Positions 61,411-64,000 of a DNA stretch of 64,000 bases are shown piece after piece. A program made the translations under genes and the position numbers. Position 1 is the first letter of the stretch. Every line of letters starts with the position of its first letter. The notes under the pieces were generated by a model that saw nothing but the letters and a program-made list of their open reading frames with translations, was not told where the DNA came from and searched no databases. Source of the stretch: the human T2T-CHM13v2.0 reference genome, Homo sapiens; NCBI RefSeq assembly GCF_009914755.1, contig NC_060927.1; one strand, given 5' to 3'.

Positions 61411-63418
61411 TAACTTCATCACAAACTCTAGTCAGCCAGCTGGACTCATTCATGCCCCTCGCTACTTCCTTTAGGCACTGGGCTTCTACAACCCCCAAAC
61501 CCCATCTAATTCACTCCCTTCATTTTACAGTTTAGTAAAGGAGGCCCTGAAAGGTTTACAAGGATATCATGATAGAGAAGTTTACAGAGAAGACTCTGAG
61601 TGTCCCATCTCCAGCTCAGTGCCCTACTCACACTCTAAGTCCTAAGAAATAACATTTGTGATCCATGTTTATCAACGAAATTCCATATGTTCTTGTAAGT
61701 TCTGGTGCCTTATAATGAGTTTTGCTCATAAAAAGAAAAGTCCTTTACACTCTCAGCCTCCTTAACTGATATATCCTGAAGACCTGGCATCTGTTACATA
61801 ATACTCTGCCCTTTCCTTTCTCCACTTCCATTTTTCTTTGAAAAATGTTCAGTGGATTAACTGTGAAAACCTTATGATTTTTCCTCCCAGACACCACATC
61901 CATCTCTCTATCCCTCAAAATAAATTCCACCCCTTAAATAAATGGAACTTCCAATACCAAGATAGCTGTGGTTTGGTTGCTCTCCGAGCTTTGCCTTTGT
62001 TCAAAGGGCAGGATGTTACCACGCAGGCTAATTATCTAGATGGGGCTGTGGTTGAAAAGTGGTGGATTTTAGAGACTGCCCTCTCTGTGGCTGACGATTT
62101 ATCACAATTGAGTATTTTAGGCTGAGCCCCAGGTTTAGAACTAAATGTTTTTCAGTTTAAATTCATTGTTGGGAACAGTCCTGTGGAATGATTTCTGCTA
62201 CTCCTGAACCATGCACCAAGGAAAGAACAAATCCACATTTTCACTGACCAAGAAATTGTCAAGATGTTTTAGTTCTTTTATAATTCAGAAATTGTCAGGA
62301 CTAAATATTGCAACTTTAGTAGGATTGCCATTCTGACTGAATGGTGTCTTTGTGTGTGGTGGTGGGTGAGGGGGTAGGAGGAACCAATTTTAGAAAACAT
62401 TGATTAATTATTTTTATTTTCCAAGTGCTATTGATATGATTTAATATTCTCCCCATGTAAGATAGAAACTTAACTTTGGCTTAACTTTTAATATCAAGTC
62501 ATTCAGGGTTATATGATTCAAAATAACCTTAGCTAAACAAAACTTCAACAATTGGATCCCCAAGAAATGTACTATAAAATTTATATTTTATGTAATACAT
62601 TATAGTTGTGTGCTCTAAATAAACATTTTTACGATGTCCACTTTAATGGATTACATTAGATGAAATTTCCCCACATCTCTCCCTTGCAAAAGGCCTTAAA
62701 ACACTTATTTTACATTGTGTTGGCTACACAAACTGTACTAGTGCATGTACTAGCACATGAACAGAAAGCTGTTCATGTAAGTAACAGTGTTCTGCAGTCC
62801 TTCTAGAGCCATACTAAGAAGGAACTCACCTTGCTGTGTATCGCCAGGTCCACGGAATGGCAAGGACCTTATTCTTGCAGAGCCCTACCAATGCCCTACT
62901 TTACTGTAGAGCTGCCTCTGGATTTTAGATCTTCCATTTTTCTTACAAAATTGTTGTTGTTCCTAAAACATGACTATGTCACACTCATTAACCACGAATT
63001 TCCCCTTTCCAATGTGCATACTTTGTACTTGTCATTCTTATGACTGGAAACCTACATCAATATTTGCTGAATGACTGCAGGAATTTTTGAGCACACACAT
63101 TGTATGAAGTTTTTATCTTTTATAGCCACTTTTTAAAGGTTTCTCAGTAAGCTTCACATTTGTATTCAACCTTTGAATGTGGTAAGAAAAAAAAACCATG
63201 GATTATTATCATTATTGTCCCTAAACCACGTTTCTTATTTCTTCCTTTGGTTTCTGGACAAGTATAGCTTATTTGACCAGAGGAATATTTAAGGGGGGTA
63301 GGGGGTGTACAAACTCTCCATCATTATTCCATCGCCAACTGTAAGAAGGGAGAGTGCAATATTGAAAAGTAACTGCAAGTATGAGATTGATCTAACTTTC
63401 TGACATACAAAGGCTTGA

Positions 63419-63960
<542 letters not shown>

Positions 63961-64000
63961 AAAGAAAAAATATATATTCTACTTTAGAATTTCTTTTTTA

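Overview
Primate (human-type) nuclear DNA, AT-rich and repeat-dense, with no CpG-island promoter and no credible host protein-coding exon. It reads as intronic or intergenic sequence. One strongly signalled 125-nt non-coding internal exon lies on the + strand (25920-26044), and I could not name its gene. The recognisable protein-like ORFs come from LINE-1 or Alu. Main structure: (1) a rearranged L1PA3/4-like insertion (6436-9327) with a 5' inversion, a ~200-bp internal duplication and an extra captured fragment; (2) a four-level nest in which a MIR is split by a full THE1D MaLR provirus (13319-21733), itself split by a full-length L1PA2-like element (14140-20268), itself split by an ~80-nt L1 3' end; (3) Alus, MIR/L2 relics, DNA-transposon fossils (MER3, MER33, MER5, MADE1, FordPrefect-like) and solo LTRs, including a MER41 with two intact STAT1 GAS sites. 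The most interesting signals are patchy identity with shared non-consensus bases between the two neighbouring L1s (apparent gene conversion across an inverted repeat, a possible inversion substrate), an L1 antisense promoter/ORF0 pointing at the orphan exon, a perfect DUX4 site in only one THE1D LTR, two local duplications of unique sequence and a strand-biased hairpin. I see no convincing new protein-coding system. Subfamily calls rely on recalled consensus sequences and need RepeatMasker/Dfam confirmation.
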